Source: Deinococcales bacterium
GTDB taxonomy: Bacteria > Deinococcota > Deinococci > Deinococcales > JAAFIG01
NCBI GenBank assembly: GCA_043778225.1
Contig: JAYWGM010000040.1
Coordinates: forward strand, 1 to 27,831
Length of the DNA stretch: 27,831 bases
Direction: 5' to 3'
The position numbers and the translations under genes were made by a program. The stretch's first letter is position 1; each line of letters opens with the position of its first letter. The notes beneath the pieces are model-generated. The model was not told the origin of the DNA and did not search any database. It worked only from the letters and a program-made list of their open reading frames with translations. Of this stretch, positions 25,878 to 27,831 are shown piece after piece.

Positions 25878-25995
25878 TGGCGTATTCTAGCCTAAATAAA
25901 TAGTATCTTTTCTTACGATTTTCTGGTCGGATTGATACAGTCTTGACCTTATTAGTTTTGTATTCTGGTCTGAGAGCAATTTTTGGGGGGATTTG

Positions 25996-26712
25996 GTGGC
26001 GGTTTTTGGTAACTTGACAGAATTTCCTTTGCTTGAAGTCTTTGGGATGCTCGAGCGGCGTTGTGGTGTTTTGCGTTTTACCCGAGTTGGTCGTTTTGCG
26101 AACCTCGAGTTTCATTTGAATAATGCCCAATTACAGGGCTTGGTGGTGGATGGCAAAGTCATGCGTGATGGTTTGATGGCAAAAAATTTATTGGTCGAAA
26201 TTGCCAACATACGCGATGGGAAATTTGAATTTCAACGTGTTCCAGTTGGTTCAGATGTTCTCTTAAACGACCTTGCCATCAGCATCAACGAGGTTTTACT
26301 GCGACGCGCCACACTCGACGACGAATGGAATAATTACCGCGAAAACCTGCCAGATGGTGAAACGCGCTTTATGCTCTCGAGTCAAGAATTGGTCTGGTTG
26401 GATGGTGACTTGCAGTTTTTTTGGAATCAAGCTGAGCCGCTTTTGGAGTATGGTATCAGCGCCAAGGATTTGGCGGTTCGCCTTAGTCTCGAGGTCAAAA
26501 TGGTGCAAGTCAATCTGTACAAACTCCGTGTTTTGGGTGTGATTCGTCCAGCCAGACGAATGCAGGAAGTGTCAGACATTCGAGCCGGTAATTTCCCTGG
26601 TCGAGAAAGCCGTCCAGCCCCAGTGTATATCCCACCTGTTGCGCCACAAGCCAAGCCGACCTTGGTCTCGAGGTTACTTGGGGCGCTGCGTTTCTTTGGG
26701 AAGCCAGCATGA
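25996..26712 (+). CDS. DUF4388 (PatA-N-like) domain protein
   Basis: MAVFGNLTEFPLLEVFGML, GKFEF, EVLLRRATLDDEW and a C-terminal HTH-like segment; located before GTPase and Roadblock genes. Confidence 0.75.
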   Translation: MAVFGNLTEFPLLEVFGMLERRCGVLRFTRVGRFANLEFHLNNAQLQGLVVDGKVMRDGLMAKNLLVEIANIRDGKFEFQRVPVGSDVLLNDLAISINEVLLRRATLDDEWNNYRENLPDGETRFMLSSQELVWLDGDLQFFWNQAEPLLEYGISAKDLAVRLSLEVKMVQVNLYKLRVLGVIRPARRMQEVSDIRAGNFPGRESRPAPVYIPPVAPQAKPTLVSRLLGALRFFGKPA

Positions 26713-26798
26713 GTTCGCCCTGTGGGAAACCAGCATGATTTCGCTTTTGGAGAAGCCAGTATGAGTTCGCTTTTGGAGAAGCCAGTATGAATCCGCTT
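26700..26798 (+). repeat. 26-bp tandem repeat, about 3.8 copies, encoding three coupled 9-aa mini-ORFs
   Basis: GAAGCCAGCATGAGTTCGCCCTGTGG / GAAACCAGCATGATTTCGCTTTTGGA / GAAGCCAGTATGAGTTCGCTTTTGGA / GAAGCCAGTATGAATCCGCTT; ATGA at 26709, 26735, 26761 and 26787. Confidence 0.92.
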
Positions 26799-27344
26799 AA
26801 ATTGGTCATTTCTGGTCCGGTTGGGGCGGGTAAAACCACTTTTGTGCAGTCTTTGTCCGAAATTCCAGTGGTCAATACCGATGAAGCCGCCAGCGAAAAC
26901 ATTGGCAAAGCCACCACCACGGTTGCCTTGGATTTTGGGATGATGACGCTGGATGGTATCCCAATTCATTTATTTGGCACACCGGGACAAGACCGTTTTG
27001 ATTTTATGTGGGAGATTTTGTGCGAAGGCGCGCTGGGTTTACTGATTTTGGTCTCGGGCGATCGACCACAAGATTTTCCTCATGCACGGCGAATTCTCGA
27101 GTTTATCACCAGCCGAATTGCGGTGCCGTTTTTGGTCGGTGTGACCCGTCAGGATTTACCTCGAGTTTGGGAACCCGAGGATGTGGCAGAATACTTTGAT
27201 TTAGCCCCAGAATTTGTGATTGGCATCAATGCCACCAGTGCGACCTCGAGTTTATTGGCAACTGTGCGCTTACTCGAGTTAGTAGAAGCCTACGACCCGT
27301 ACTACGCCGAAAGCCTGCAAGGTAATTATATCTTTGGTCAGTAA
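26787..27344 (+). CDS. MglA/CvnD-like small GTPase
   Basis: G1 GPVGAGKTT, G2 TTTVALDFG, G3 GTPGQDRF, G4 variant TRQD. Confidence 0.9.
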   Translation: MNPLKLVISGPVGAGKTTFVQSLSEIPVVNTDEAASENIGKATTTVALDFGMMTLDGIPIHLFGTPGQDRFDFMWEILCEGALGLLILVSGDRPQDFPHARRILEFITSRIAVPFLVGVTRQDLPRVWEPEDVAEYFDLAPEFVIGINATSATSSLLATVRLLELVEAYDPYYAESLQGNYIFGQ

Positions 27345-27390
27345 CTCAAAAATTTAGTTGTAAACTGTGATTCTCTAAGGGGGCAATAAA

Positions 27391-27762
27391 ATGAGTGTAG
27401 GTAAACAAGAAGCCTTACAACAAGCGCTAACGGCATTGCGGACTGCAATCCCAGAAATTCGTGGTGCTTTAATCGCCAGCACCGATGGTTTACCGATGGC
27501 GCAAAACCTGTCGGGCAGCGAAGACCCAAATCGGGTGGCAGCCATGGCAGCCACAGCCCTTGGCTTGGGCAAACGTATTTCGGACACCTTAAATTCGGGA
27601 GCGCTGACCGAAACCACTGTGACCGGCACAAACGGTCAGATTTTTTTGTACGCGGCTGGTGGTAAAGGGGTACTGGTGGTGGTGGCGGCGGCTGGTGCAA
27701 ATGTCGGTTTAATCAATTTAGAAGCTCGAGATGCAGTGCGAACGATCGCTGCGGTGTTGTAA
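27391..27762 (+). CDS. Roadblock/LC7 (MglB-like) protein
   Basis: ALIASTDGLPMA, RVAAMAATALGLG, NVGLINLEAR. Confidence 0.92.
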   Translation: MSVGKQEALQQALTALRTAIPEIRGALIASTDGLPMAQNLSGSEDPNRVAAMAATALGLGKRISDTLNSGALTETTVTGTNGQIFLYAAGGKGVLVVVAAAGANVGLINLEARDAVRTIAAVL

Positions 27763-27770
27763 GGAGACTC

Positions 27771-27831
27771 ATGAATGTCAGACCAGAACTTGGCGAAATG
27801 ATGAGCCTGATTTGCTTTAAGGCAGCCATTG
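27771..27831 (+). CDS. Partial gene, probably a V4R-domain protein (runs off the window)
   Basis: SD AAGGAG then MNVRPELGEMMSLICFKAAI, resembling as I recall it the RxxLGxFxSxxCFKA start of V4R proteins in Roadblock operons; only 20 codons visible. Confidence 0.5.
   Translation, partial: MNVRPELGEMMSLICFKAAI

Noticed and set aside
26700..26798. CRISPR array
   Set aside because: The units are contiguous with no unique spacers, and no cas genes are present.
747..27700. Numerous short alternative-frame or antisense ORFs (e.g. 3713-4294, 5000-5500, 11677-12132, 23449-23856, 26427-26969)
   Set aside because: They are shadows of well-supported genes, with no motifs or translation signals.

Overview
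Bacterial chromosomal window, roughly 50% GC by eye and most likely Deinococcota. That assignment rests on a DdrH-like protein, a DrRRA-family response regulator, a futalosine-type UbiD, and many TAnnnT-N6/7-ATG leaderless starts. Left backbone (1-7667): ddrH-like gene, sensor kinase, response regulator, two paralogous outer-membrane beta-barrel genes, UbiD/MqnL, truA and a SpoIID/LytB gene. Accessory hotspot (about 7670-14540): an AT-rich island (m4C-type DNA methyltransferase, DUF262, MAE_28990-type HEPN, plus a broken C5-methyltransferase stub), then an array of small cassettes separated by five direct copies of a ~60-bp repeat. The cassettes are XisH-XisI, an orphan XisI, VapBC, an orphan XRE antitoxin, DUF433-DUF5615 and a decayed XRE gene; no integrase or transposase is present. 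Right backbone: citramalate synthase, a membrane protein, a truncated globin, a Uma2 nuclease, a Gfo/Idh/MocA oxidoreductase, a rhamnose-type ABC transporter (RhaSTPQ) with a DeoR regulator, gamma-glutamyltransferase, and a DUF4388 - MglA-like GTPase - Roadblock - V4R-like operon. Three most striking signals: (1) the repeat-delimited toxin-antitoxin/defence cassette array; (2) very strong over-representation of the palindrome CTCGAG everywhere except the AT-rich island; (3) a 26-bp tandem repeat that builds a chain of three ATGA-coupled 9-codon mini-ORFs in front of the GTPase. All calls come from motif recognition and hand counts; no database searches were run.
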